From a virus, in IMG/VR virus record IMGVR_UViG_3300021962_000047, positions 32,001 to 96,000 of that record: a stretch of 64,000 nucleotides of DNA. One strand, written 5' to 3'. Numbering within the stretch: position 1 is the first letter of the stretch; each line of letters opens with the position of its first letter. This document shows, piece after piece, positions 1 to 9,493 of this stretch. Below the pieces are notes generated by a model. It did not search any database, had not been told where the DNA came from, and saw only the letters and a program-made list of their open reading frames with translations. A program made the position numbers and the translations under genes.

Positions 1-312
1 GCCATAATAATAGAAATGGTTGTCTATCGCCGTTTTATAATCTTGTAGTGATGCAATTAAAGGAAATGGAACGATTAATACTGAACCATCAGGAATATCG
101 GTTTCCATTCCACCAAATTGTGGGTTTGCCATTTGAATTAACCATCCAAAATATGGCGTGTTGTAAAATTCATAGGAAACTTTATCTAATCTACTTCTTC
201 CTTGGCGATAGATATATTTTCTATCAGTTGTCTTTGAAGGCAAAGTAACATACGGAACAACGGTCTGTTGACCGTTTAAAAGAAAATTCTGATATCTATT
301 GTAGTATTGCAT
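1..312 (-). CDS. LysM/gp53-like baseplate wedge protein (3' end runs off the window)
   Basis: Not in the ORF track. The ATG at 312-310 overlaps the upstream TAA. Manual translation gives MQYYDRYQNF...RLDKVSYEFYNTPYFGWLIQMANPQFGG...IPDGSVLIVPFP...HFYYYG, a LysM-like pattern typical of gp53/tail X proteins. Confidence 0.7.
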   Translation of the reverse strand, partial: MQYYNRYQNFLLNGQQTVVPYVTLPSKTTDRKYIYRQGRSRLDKVSYEFYNTPYFGWLIQMANPQFGGMETDIPDGSVLIVPFPLIASLQDYKTAIDNHFYYYG

Positions 313-3300
313 TAGTCTAACTTAACTTTATTGTTCCAAGAATTTTTATTTCCACCATTTACACCACTGTATAACAAATTAAAATTATCCAAGTCGGCAG
401 AATTTGGCGTTTTTATGTCGGAGAAAGTGAAATCTCTCTGCTTTCCTTTAACATAAGGCTTATATTCGTTAAATACAGACTTGAAGTATTCATCCCTGAA
501 TTTATTAAACTGTTTTAAAGATTCATCATACTCTTTTGTATATTCTTTAACTAATAGGTCTTGTGATGCATACACAGTGTTTGCCCACACCGGTATTTTA
601 ACTAATTCTTTTAAAACCTCCTCACTAATATCTGCACTATTATCAAGCGTTTCTCTACCAAAAATAATCGCCCATCTCTTTTCCGCAGCCGATGATATAG
701 CCAAGTTATAAAATACAATATCATTGTTATTACTTGACCAACCATCAGTCATTAACTTATATGTTTCTAATTTAGAATATAAAGTATTAAGATTATCCGC
801 AACAACTTTGTAGTCATTTACCAATTCTACCTGTGTATCGGCAGCACCACCAGAAGTATCAGATACTTCGGTTGTTGCCGTTAATGAATAAAGAATTGGT
901 TGACCTGAAGGTTTCTTAAATCCATCAATACCACTTTGAACTAAATTGATTTTATCTACAACTCTAATGAAATTTTGTTCAACTCCAACCAAATCATTTA
1001 AGTTTGATAACATAGATGATGAGAAGTTAACTTTTCTACGATTAATTAAATCTTTAACTTGTTTTTTAAATGTTCTTAAATCAGCATTTTTAACATCGTT
1101 CTTTTTGTCTCCTGTTACAAAAGGAGCAACTAAAGGAGAATTACCATTATCAACATCCGATAACGCGTCATTAAATACTTGGTCTATTTTTGATTGCAAT
1201 GATTCTGTTTTACCAAAAATACTTGTTTCAACATTATCAGAACTCGATGTTGCGTATTGTCCAAACTCACCCGTAATATACTTTCTATCTTTAGTAAACA
1301 TTCTTAAACCACCTGTTAAGTACGCTTGGTTAACACTATCCAACGATGATACGGTAGCATCGGCATATGCCTTAGATACACCAATTAAGTCATCCATAAT
1401 CTGCATAAATGATGTTGTACCAGTTACAGTTGTACCATTATCAGATAACACTTTATTTTGAATGGTTCCAATAGTATTACCCGCCTCGTTTTGAATATCC
1501 ATTCCTAATTCTTGATTAGTTAATGGAACCTCAGCAATTAAATCTTCAATTACAAATCTATCAATCTGAGATGTATCTTCAGTTGCCGTAGCTCTTTCAT
1601 CATACATTTCAGTATTAGCATAATAGTTGAACGATAATGCGTTTTGTAATTGAGCCACAGGTTCTTTTAATCCATGACCACCAATAAAGTAGAATGATAA
1701 ACTAACATCAGCTAACATCGGTTGAACACCAATACCTTCAGGGTTTAAATCCAATTGTAATGGTTCATATCTAATTGACATTTGGTTAATGGCAATTTTT
1801 GTATGCCAGAAATCTCCCACCCTTAACACACAAATCGGAGGAGCTCCAAATGATGTGTTTAACGCATCATTCTGTAGAGGTTTACCATCAGGACCAATAA
1901 CAGGTATAGTATTACCTGGTCTTAAACATTGTTGTAAGAAAGTTAATCTTGAGTTTAACCCTTCAGGTGTAATTGAGTGGAAAGCCGGATTAAAGAATTG
2001 AATTTTTTCTTTCATACTCTCATAAAGGAATGGAGTATCTTCTTTAATCATTTCAAAATAATCACATTCACTTAATAACTTTCTTAACATTCTTTTAGCT
2101 AATCCCTGCTTTAAACTAATTTCTTGATTTGAAATTGTTTTTTGTGGTGTAGGACTCGCGTCGGCACTACCTGTTGTTGGTTGTGGTATAACTTCATCGG
2201 CAATTTTTGTGTCAGCTTCAATCTTAGGTCCAACACTAACATTTAAAATCTGTGCTCTACGACAACCCATAGCAGCTACCGAATAAATTTTGTCTTGCCC
2301 CGTCAATTCCTGAGTACAATCAATAGGAGTTCCAGATGAATTAGTTGCATCACTCTGTCCCCCTTCACCAACACCATCTGTAGTAACATTTACCAAACCT
2401 TTTTCTAATAAAGGTTCCATACCATTCCAATCTTGTATTGTCTGTAAAACTGAATCAACTCGTCTCCATGATAAGTCAACGTTATATGTTGGTGAATTAG
2501 GAGATGATGCTGAACCAACAATATTAAAACTAACGGTATATCCTTGACCCGCAATTTCAACAATCTTATTTAAAAAATCCTCAAACTTATTGTAATTTGG
2601 TGTAATTACATCCTCAAAGAATGTTTGAGTTGGTTGTTTTTGATTGGCGTTAGCTTGGTCTTGATAAAAAGATTTTTCACCAATATATGCCATATATGTT
2701 GAAGTGTAGTCAATAGACGATGTTTTTCCATAACTTTTAGGGTCAGGAGTGTCATTATCAAAATAAAGATTTAACCCATTAAATTCCGTCAAACTTGGGA
2801 TTAATTCACCTTCAGATGAATTTTGTGGTTGTTCTTTTGGAATTTCTTCCATTCCCCTCTTAAATTGGTCAACGTTAGTTGTCTGTTCAACAACACTGAA
2901 GATTTCATTAAATGAAAGGGTACCATATTTTTTGGCTAATTCATATATATCGTATGTTTTACATCCCGCAAAGAAACTATCAACAATCTTAGTAATTTCA
3001 GATTCAGGACTAACATTGGCTAATTCTTTATCTATGATTGTATTAAGAATAGAGGGGTGGTCCACTATAATCTTAAATGATAAACTACCCTGTCTTTGGG
3101 TATTATTGTATGTGTAAATCGGCTCAGGTCTTCCTAAGAAATCGTTTTGATTCCATCTAACAGAAACACTCTCATCTACTCTTAAGTCATACGGGGGGAA
3201 CCACATTATTCTACCACCTAAAGGTCCTTTTTCACATGCAGGTAAATCCTGTTGCATGTCAGTTGTTCTCCACGCTAAATTCTCTAAAGACAACATATAT

Positions 3301-5045
3301 TTCTTAACTTGTCCGTCAATAACGTTTGTAGATTCATTACCCGTCATTGGGGCAATGTTTAAGTTGAATGTATTATCTAAAACAGAATATGTGGACTTTC
3401 TAATGTTACCTTCCGTTTTTTGTAAATCAGAATAAGTAAAGAAAGGGGTATCTTTGGTGAATACTCTACAATATTCCATTCCGACCTCACCACCATTTTG
3501 ATTTACATAACGTTTAACTCTTGAACCTTTTGTAATTTCTCTTGTTCCATCAAAGAATACTTTTGATGTTTGGTTGATTGCATTACCAACGTGTTGTAGC
3601 CTCGCATTACCATTTAATCCATCTGCGGCTTCAACTAACTTTTGTGTGTCATATAAAATAGAACCAGGTGTTAAACCATAATTTGTTGATTCAGTTTTAT
3701 TAAATTGAGATGATATCTGCGGCCAGTTCGAATCTGTTTCATATAACTCTCCACCTTTTCCGGCCTTTTTACCCGCAGCACTTCTCGACTTTGGTGATAT
3801 CCATGTAAATCCACCTTGAAGTCCTCCGTCATCACTAGGTTCCGCAGTGTTTAAACCAAAGTTAAATTTTTGATTTCCTTCATATAATGTTGCTAGTTCA
3901 CCATAACCTCTGACTGCGGTTTGTACTCTTTGTCCTTTAGCATTTGTTGGTAACTCATTATTTGGGAAAATAATATCATTCGGGTCTTGAGTTCGTTTAC
4001 CAACATAATACTGACCATTTGGTGCACCTAAATTTAAATCACCTATAAAATTAGCTTTGTAATCAGGTCTATAATCATTGTACTCTAATGATGAGAATAG
4101 GGCTGAAACTTGTCCTTGTCCTGAGTTTGCTAAGAAAATATCAGAACCATTTTTTCTTTCAGGTAATAAATCAGGTTTACCAAACAATGCTCCAATAACA
4201 TTTATTGTTTGGTTAATAAAACTTCTCTTACCTACAGGGTCAAAATAATCACCAGGTATCCAAGAATAAGGAAAATAAACACCTGTTAATCTTCCCGCCA
4301 TATCCAACCCTTTGGCTGGTAAACTACCGGGTACTGAAATATGCCAATCGGCAGTTATTAAAGGTTTTTTACCCGCTAAGATGGCAGCAGCTTCAAAAGG
4401 GTCATTTAATGCTCCAACAAGATTTACTCTACCTAATGTCTGTTGATAGGTTTCTTGTGCAATTCTGTATTGTAATTCCGCTCTTAATGATGTAGCGGCA
4501 ATTTTTATCATGTCAGAATCTTGTGAAAGATTTCCGTTTGAGCCCTGTGGATTGTCTTGTAATAAAATACTTGCAACCGGATATGTTGAACCAATAAATT
4601 TAAAATAGGTATCTCTATTTTGAATTATCTTTTGTACTTCATCTACATTATAAACAATATCATATCCACCTTGTGGACCATATAGATTATTTATAAATGC
4701 TCTTTTTTGTGATGGTTCACTTCTTAATTCTAACCCTGTTTCTATACCAGTATATGGTCCCTCATTAGAATTTGTTTGAAATGTTGTAACATCAATTGGG
4801 TCTCCGAAACCATTTTGACCATCAGCAGGTCCGTACTTATTTTTAGTATATAATATTTTTTCTTGTTGGTCACCAACTTGAACAACATCAGGACTATCTA
4901 AAACCGAAAAATCTTTTAAGTTAAACTCATCGGTTCCTGGTGCAGTAACAGAATTAAAACCATTAGATTTATATGGTTCTAAATTCTTTACTAATAACTT
5001 TTTTCTAAAGTTTTCTGTTGAATCAAATGATAGTGGACTCGGCAT
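312..5045 (-). CDS. Large baseplate hub / tube-initiator-like protein with an internal OmpA-like domain
   Basis: 1577 aa, directly downstream of the tape measure gene. Contains tube-initiator-like segments FLGRPEPIYTYNNTQRQGSLSF and APPICVLRVGDF, and OmpA-like motifs LYFDND...IVGSAS...NVDLSWRRVDSV...RRAQI. Confidence 0.6.
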   Translation of the reverse strand: MPSPLSFDSTENFRKKLLVKNLEPYKSNGFNSVTAPGTDEFNLKDFSVLDSPDVVQVGDQQEKILYTKNKYGPADGQNGFGDPIDVTTFQTNSNEGPYTGIETGLELRSEPSQKRAFINNLYGPQGGYDIVYNVDEVQKIIQNRDTYFKFIGSTYPVASILLQDNPQGSNGNLSQDSDMIKIAATSLRAELQYRIAQETYQQTLGRVNLVGALNDPFEAAAILAGKKPLITADWHISVPGSLPAKGLDMAGRLTGVYFPYSWIPGDYFDPVGKRSFINQTINVIGALFGKPDLLPERKNGSDIFLANSGQGQVSALFSSLEYNDYRPDYKANFIGDLNLGAPNGQYYVGKRTQDPNDIIFPNNELPTNAKGQRVQTAVRGYGELATLYEGNQKFNFGLNTAEPSDDGGLQGGFTWISPKSRSAAGKKAGKGGELYETDSNWPQISSQFNKTESTNYGLTPGSILYDTQKLVEAADGLNGNARLQHVGNAINQTSKVFFDGTREITKGSRVKRYVNQNGGEVGMEYCRVFTKDTPFFTYSDLQKTEGNIRKSTYSVLDNTFNLNIAPMTGNESTNVIDGQVKKYMLSLENLAWRTTDMQQDLPACEKGPLGGRIMWFPPYDLRVDESVSVRWNQNDFLGRPEPIYTYNNTQRQGSLSFKIIVDHPSILNTIIDKELANVSPESEITKIVDSFFAGCKTYDIYELAKKYGTLSFNEIFSVVEQTTNVDQFKRGMEEIPKEQPQNSSEGELIPSLTEFNGLNLYFDNDTPDPKSYGKTSSIDYTSTYMAYIGEKSFYQDQANANQKQPTQTFFEDVITPNYNKFEDFLNKIVEIAGQGYTVSFNIVGSASSPNSPTYNVDLSWRRVDSVLQTIQDWNGMEPLLEKGLVNVTTDGVGEGGQSDATNSSGTPIDCTQELTGQDKIYSVAAMGCRRAQILNVSVGPKIEADTKIADEVIPQPTTGSADASPTPQKTISNQEISLKQGLAKRMLRKLLSECDYFEMIKEDTPFLYESMKEKIQFFNPAFHSITPEGLNSRLTFLQQCLRPGNTIPVIGPDGKPLQNDALNTSFGAPPICVLRVGDFWHTKIAINQMSIRYEPLQLDLNPEGIGVQPMLADVSLSFYFIGGHGLKEPVAQLQNALSFNYYANTEMYDERATATEDTSQIDRFVIEDLIAEVPLTNQELGMDIQNEAGNTIGTIQNKVLSDNGTTVTGTTSFMQIMDDLIGVSKAYADATVSSLDSVNQAYLTGGLRMFTKDRKYITGEFGQYATSSSDNVETSIFGKTESLQSKIDQVFNDALSDVDNGNSPLVAPFVTGDKKNDVKNADLRTFKKQVKDLINRRKVNFSSSMLSNLNDLVGVEQNFIRVVDKINLVQSGIDGFKKPSGQPILYSLTATTEVSDTSGGAADTQVELVNDYKVVADNLNTLYSKLETYKLMTDGWSSNNNDIVFYNLAISSAAEKRWAIIFGRETLDNSADISEEVLKELVKIPVWANTVYASQDLLVKEYTKEYDESLKQFNKFRDEYFKSVFNEYKPYVKGKQRDFTFSDIKTPNSADLDNFNLLYSGVNGGNKNSWNNKVKLD

Positions 5046-5089
5046 CTATTTTTTATTTATCTATAAATAGATGATTGGATATTTTTTTA

Positions 5090-6802
5090 TTAGTTACCTA
5101 ACAAGTCAGGCTCTAAAATCTGTTTAATTCTCTCACTTAATATTCGAATATCATCATTTGACATTCTACTAACATCTAACACTTGAGTTAATCCATCCAA
5201 TCTAATAGTTCCTGTGTGTACAACATTTAAATTACTTAAATTTATTGTCTGTGTTGTATTAGTAGGTTGTTGTGGTGTAACTGTAGTTGAATTGTTATTA
5301 CCTCCACCACTAGTGTTTGGTAACACTCTTCTTGCGTTTTGTACTGTCGTAGTGACTGTTGTTGTAAAATCAGTACCAAAGAAATCTAATAGTTCCCTAA
5401 ATCCTTGACTTACTTGTGTTTTTACTGAATTTAAAAATGGTGTTAATCCTTGGTCCCAAGTTATGTTATCTGTTACTGATTGTATTCCCGTTACAATTTT
5501 ATCTCTAACTAAATTATAATTTTCTTCAGTTAATAACTTACTTAGATTTGCTGAAACATTGTTTGCAACTGTTTTTGCCTGTGCGGATATATCACTATAA
5601 GTTTCACCGCCAGCAACCCCTGCAGCCAATTTAGCCGCGGGTGTTCTAAGTGTTTTTAAGATATCCTCCAAAGTTGAAAGTTGGTCCACGGCAATTTCTT
5701 GAGAACTTTTTCCTTGTTTTTCTTGTTCCTTAATTAACTCAGAATACGCACTTTCAACTTGTTCTGTTGTTAATTTAGACAATTCAATGGCTTTGTCTTG
5801 ACCTGGTAATTTAATTTCTAAATTACCTTGTTTATTTAATGTAGAAAGATTTGCAACTAATTGTTTCTGTTCATCAGTCATATTAGTAAATCTTAATTCA
5901 TCCATTGCCTTTTGTTCCTGAGCCGCCTTTACCGCAGTATTAGCCAAATCTTCGTAACTCATACCAAGAGCATCTGCTGAAGCTCTTAATCGTCTCATTT
6001 CAGTTGCCGATATTTGAAACTTACCAGTTTCTTTGTTAAACATTACCGATGACTTAGCAGCATCTATAATAGTATTTTGTAGACCCTCCATATCATTTTG
6101 GGCCATATTCATTAATTGGAACGGGTCTCCTAAAGCTCCAATAGCACCACCTAAATTTTGAAACTCAGCCGCCAATTCAATCGCCTTTTCAGGGTTTAAT
6201 AAATCCGCAGCCAATTTATTAACCGAAGTCATATCAATACGTAACGCCTGAGCTCTAGCAACCATACGAGTGAATCCTTCAACTCCATCCTTGAAGTTAT
6301 AAGCGTTGACTAACTTTAAGTTTTTACCAACTGTTTGTAGGAACGTACCAACATTTAATCCAAGACCTCTTGCTTTACTTGACATCTGTTCAATACCTTC
6401 AATAGTACCATCAATACCAATTCCTATAGTATCAAAAGATTCCGCAAGTGTTCCCATTTCCTCCGCAGTTATACCTGCAGATTTTTGTATAGCTACAAAA
6501 CTAGTTAACTGTTCATCAGTTAACATTGTATTTGATTGTAAACTTTTGTTAATTGATGAAAACACATTCGCTATGTCATCTAATGTACCTCCAAATTCTA
6601 TAGATTTTGCAGCGGCTTGAGCGAACTCAACCCTCATGTCTTTAGCATAAACTGCACCCTGTCCTAATACACTTCTATTAATTCGAGCAACTTGGTCTTC
6701 AAAATCAAATATACTGTCTTGTAATTTAGCAAACGAATCTTTTAACGCTCCCGTTAAATCACTTAAACTTGGACCACCACCGCTGTTATCTTGTAAAAAC
6801 AT
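5090..6802 (-). CDS. Tape measure protein
   Basis: 570 aa, helical and Ala/Gln/Leu-rich. Sits after the tube and chaperone genes and is similar in size to T4 gp29. Confidence 0.7.
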   Translation of the reverse strand: MFLQDNSGGGPSLSDLTGALKDSFAKLQDSIFDFEDQVARINRSVLGQGAVYAKDMRVEFAQAAAKSIEFGGTLDDIANVFSSINKSLQSNTMLTDEQLTSFVAIQKSAGITAEEMGTLAESFDTIGIGIDGTIEGIEQMSSKARGLGLNVGTFLQTVGKNLKLVNAYNFKDGVEGFTRMVARAQALRIDMTSVNKLAADLLNPEKAIELAAEFQNLGGAIGALGDPFQLMNMAQNDMEGLQNTIIDAAKSSVMFNKETGKFQISATEMRRLRASADALGMSYEDLANTAVKAAQEQKAMDELRFTNMTDEQKQLVANLSTLNKQGNLEIKLPGQDKAIELSKLTTEQVESAYSELIKEQEKQGKSSQEIAVDQLSTLEDILKTLRTPAAKLAAGVAGGETYSDISAQAKTVANNVSANLSKLLTEENYNLVRDKIVTGIQSVTDNITWDQGLTPFLNSVKTQVSQGFRELLDFFGTDFTTTVTTTVQNARRVLPNTSGGGNNNSTTVTPQQPTNTTQTINLSNLNVVHTGTIRLDGLTQVLDVSRMSNDDIRILSERIKQILEPDLLGN

Positions 6803-6825
6803 AAAGTTATTTTACAATAAATACC

Positions 6826-7014
6826 TTATCTTTTATTTCTTGCTTGTTCAGCCATTTCATTTTGTTTTTGAAACTCTTCAGATAACTTATTAATGAAGAA
6901 CTTTCTTTCAAAGGTTGGCATCCTTAAAAGGTCTGAATATGAAAAATGTAAATGTTTTGCTAAGTAGTATATCTCATCATATACTACCTTTCTATAATCA
7001 GAAGAAAGGACGAA
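6826..7014 (-). CDS. gp51/GpE-like C-terminal extension of the tail assembly chaperone (+1 frame; no start codon before internal Met32)
   Basis: Manual translation: FVLSSDYRKVVYDEIYYLAKHLHFSYSDLLRMPTFERKFFINKLSEEFQKQNEMAEQARNKR*. The SxxxLxxMPxxER motif is typical of this family. Confidence 0.7.
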   Translation of the reverse strand, partial: FVLSSDYRKVVYDEIYYLAKHLHFSYSDLLRMPTFERKFFINKLSEEFQKQNEMAEQARNKR

Positions 7015-7747
7015 AAAACTCTGCCCCGAAAGTGATGCGAGCGCTCACTTTTTCTCCTGACGGGGCTGTAAAGACTCGTTCCAAGTCTAGTCGTGGTTCA
7101 CAATCTCTTAATGTATTTCTAATATACTTTGAGTCGGCAATAGGTAATTGTTGTATCCATTGAGCAATTTGTCCCTTATCTTCATTACCGTCAACTGAAA
7201 TTAAATGCATCTCCAATCTTTTAGTGATTACAGGTGCTGTCATACCTTTTGGGTATGCATTTTCAAACTCTCTTAACATTTTTTGGTCACCAACATTCAA
7301 CAATTTACATTTAACTACAGAACCCGATGTAGGTAATGTAAATTCAAAATATCCCTCAGAATTTGGTTCCATTTTGGGTTCCTTAATGTTTAATTCATCT
7401 AATGTCGTAGTTACCGTAAACTCCTTTAAAGTTTTTGGGTCAGATAAAATTAAATTATATTCACTACCGAACGATGTGTTTCTTAAGAAAATTAATATTG
7501 CTTCAACATCACAATCCAATAATTGGTCGACGTGAAAGTCAGGCTCATAAATTTTAGTTCTTAAAAGTGTTTGGATGATATCATTGTTTTGATTTTGACT
7601 CAAAAGGATATTTTCATCCGCAGCGGTTAGATACCCCACTTTTAATGAAGATTTTTTATTTTTATAAAATTTACCTCTAGAAGGTAGTGTTACCACATCG
7701 TGTGGTAAGTTAAAGTCCATTTGACCGTATTGTGATATATTATCCAT
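6998..7747 (-). CDS. Baseplate hub assembly / tail assembly chaperone (T4 gp26-like)
   Basis: Motifs VTLPSRGKFY, YLTAADENILLS and LLDCDVEAILIFLRNTSFG; located between the tube and tape measure genes. Confidence 0.75.
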   Translation of the reverse strand: MDNISQYGQMDFNLPHDVVTLPSRGKFYKNKKSSLKVGYLTAADENILLSQNQNNDIIQTLLRTKIYEPDFHVDQLLDCDVEAILIFLRNTSFGSEYNLILSDPKTLKEFTVTTTLDELNIKEPKMEPNSEGYFEFTLPTSGSVVKCKLLNVGDQKMLREFENAYPKGMTAPVITKRLEMHLISVDGNEDKGQIAQWIQQLPIADSKYIRNTLRDCEPRLDLERVFTAPSGEKVSARITFGAEFFRPFF

Positions 7748-7752
7748 AACTC

Positions 7753-7785
7753 AAAAAAAAAAACCATAGGGTGGTCCCTATGGTT
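7753..7785 (-). terminator. Intrinsic terminator after the tail tube gene
   Basis: Stem AACCATAGGG-tggt-CCCTATGGTT followed on the minus strand by a run of 11 T. Confidence 0.75.
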
Positions 7786-7821
7786 AAATATAACAAAACT
7801 AAAAATATCGTAAAGATTATT

Positions 7822-8310
7822 TTAGTAAACCAAAATACATCTGTCAGGACGTAATGTAGCTGTGATTGTAGCCACACCGTCGTCCGAGTATCCTAACGAG
7901 TCAAAGTTCACGTCAGTTAAGAATGTACCCTGAAGAATCCATTTTTCAACCGCAACACCTGTTGGGTCTAACATCTCCAAGTTAATATTCTTTTTGTAAC
8001 CTGCTGCGTATCCCATACGACCAGTTACCGATTCAGCATGTAAACGAACCCACTCCATAAGAGCTTGAGCCGCTGAAGGACCAATTGGGTCACGGAAAGT
8101 TACGTTAATAGTATTCCAAGTAAAACGACCTGCAACATAAGTGGAGGTGTTTAAGAATGGAATTTCTGTTGGGTTAATAGAGATTTGTGGACGAGAAGTT
8201 GATTCTACGTACCAAGAGTTGATTCCCAAAGATGAGTCAAACGTTAAGATAAATCTATTCTTACGTTTTGGTTCATAAGGAATCGGCATTTTCATTAATA
8301 AATCAGCCAT
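7822..8310 (-). CDS. Tail tube protein (gp19-like)
   Basis: 162 aa with EPKRKNRFIL, AGRFTWNTINVTFRD, MEWVR and EKWILQGTF, typical of T4 gp19-family tube proteins. Confidence 0.9.
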   Translation of the reverse strand: MADLLMKMPIPYEPKRKNRFILTFDSSLGINSWYVESTSRPQISINPTEIPFLNTSTYVAGRFTWNTINVTFRDPIGPSAAQALMEWVRLHAESVTGRMGYAAGYKKNINLEMLDPTGVAVEKWILQGTFLTDVNFDSLGYSDDGVATITATLRPDRCILVY

Positions 8311-8436
8311 TGTATTTTAGTTTTTTAGTTTCGTTTATTTTTTATATAAATAGTGTCCTTGTCGAAAATTTTTCTATTTACTTATTTTTTTAAAATCTGA
8401 TTATACATCCAGAACTAGAACTTAAATATAACTTAA

Positions 8437-9285
8437 TTATATCTCTAGTTTTTCTCCTCCTTTAGTTAAATAAGTTCTTACTGGTTTATCTGGATATTCC
8501 TGGTCTAGGAAACTTTTAATTTTCTCGATGTTTCTTGGGTCGTCGTCAGAAAATCCAATTTGTGGGACAAAATTATTTTTGACATCATTCTTGAAGAACG
8601 CTGTCTTTCCCAATCTCTGACTCATTTCCTTAACATAAGAAATAAATTCCCTTAACGCCTTTATCTTTCCTACCTCAGGGTTGGCAGCACTACCCTCACC
8701 ATAAGTTACAGGGTAAAACTTACACATATCTAAATATTCCATAATCATATCCTGAGGTTCAACACCCCCATCTTCAGACATATTTCTAAAACGAATAAGA
8801 TTATCGATACACTCTTTTTGTGAGATACCATTGTGGTTGGTGACAATATAATTGTAACACGCTTCTTTTAACGTGTCAGGATGGTGTCCTCTTGCTGTAA
8901 TGATAGAGAAGATAGAACCTCCGTTGATACACTCTACAAAATCATTCCACGATGGACCTGTCTTTGCAATCATTGAGTCAACGATGAACTGAGCGTCACC
9001 CTTTGTACCAAAATTTCTATATGGTTCAGGTGCGTATCCAATAACCGTCTTTCCTTTGTACTCGAATGGTTTAACACCGATTTCACCTCTATATTCGGCA
9101 AAATCTTCAGTAGACATACCAATCTCTTCGTCTTTATCTGTTAGTAGTATAATTTGTGTTGGCATAATACAAATGTTATCATCCCAATCAAAAGCATAGT
9201 ATTTTAAATCAGGATTTCCTTCTTCATCAAATCCTTCACGAAGCATTTTTTCTTCGTAAAACTCTTTAATAATTCTTTTAATCAT
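8437..9285 (-). CDS. HAD-superfamily phosphatase-like protein
   Basis: HAD motif I (AFDWDDNI), motif II (IITARGH), a conserved Lys, and motif IV (GFSDDD). Confidence 0.65.
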   Translation of the reverse strand: MIKRIIKEFYEEKMLREGFDEEGNPDLKYYAFDWDDNICIMPTQIILLTDKDEEIGMSTEDFAEYRGEIGVKPFEYKGKTVIGYAPEPYRNFGTKGDAQFIVDSMIAKTGPSWNDFVECINGGSIFSIITARGHHPDTLKEACYNYIVTNHNGISQKECIDNLIRFRNMSEDGGVEPQDMIMEYLDMCKFYPVTYGEGSAANPEVGKIKALREFISYVKEMSQRLGKTAFFKNDVKNNFVPQIGFSDDDPRNIEKIKSFLDQEYPDKPVRTYLTKGGEKLEI

Positions 9286-9428
9286 TATTTTTTCTTTGAG
9301 ACGTTTTTAATTAATCTCTCTAATTGAGCTTCAGTTAAAATCACATTCTGTGGTTTTTTAGAAAATGTTTTAACATTATTGTTCTCTACTTCTAATGATT
9401 CTCTGAGTGTCGATTTTTTGAATTCCAT
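9285..9428 (-). CDS. Small 47-aa hypothetical protein, possibly an internal head peptide
   Basis: Not in the ORF track. MEFKKSTLRESLEVENNNVKTFSKKPQNVILTEAQLERLIKNVSKKK*. Its TAA overlaps the ATG of the next gene (TAATG). Confidence 0.65.
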   Translation of the reverse strand: MEFKKSTLRESLEVENNNVKTFSKKPQNVILTEAQLERLIKNVSKKK

Positions 9429-9450
9429 TTGTTTTTGTTTTTAAAGGGCT

Positions 9451-9474
9451 AAAAGGGGGGAATTAACCCCCCTT
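9451..9474 (-). terminator. Intrinsic terminator after the tail sheath gene
   Basis: Hairpin AAGGGGGG-aattaa-CCCCCCTT with a short T tract on the minus strand. Confidence 0.6.
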
Positions 9475-9493
9475 AATATTAAATATCAGTTAA

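Noticed and set aside
48-248. 66-aa plus-strand ORF in the track
   Set aside because: It shadows the minus-strand LysM/gp53-like gene at 1-312.
7013-7019. Canonical -1 frameshift at G-TTT-TTT
   Set aside because: The -1 frame reaches TAG after 9 codons; the conserved-looking extension is in the +1 frame.
8360-8436. AT-rich gap with a short AGAACT repeat as a replication origin or small RNA
   Set aside because: Two short copies in AT-rich sequence are too little evidence.
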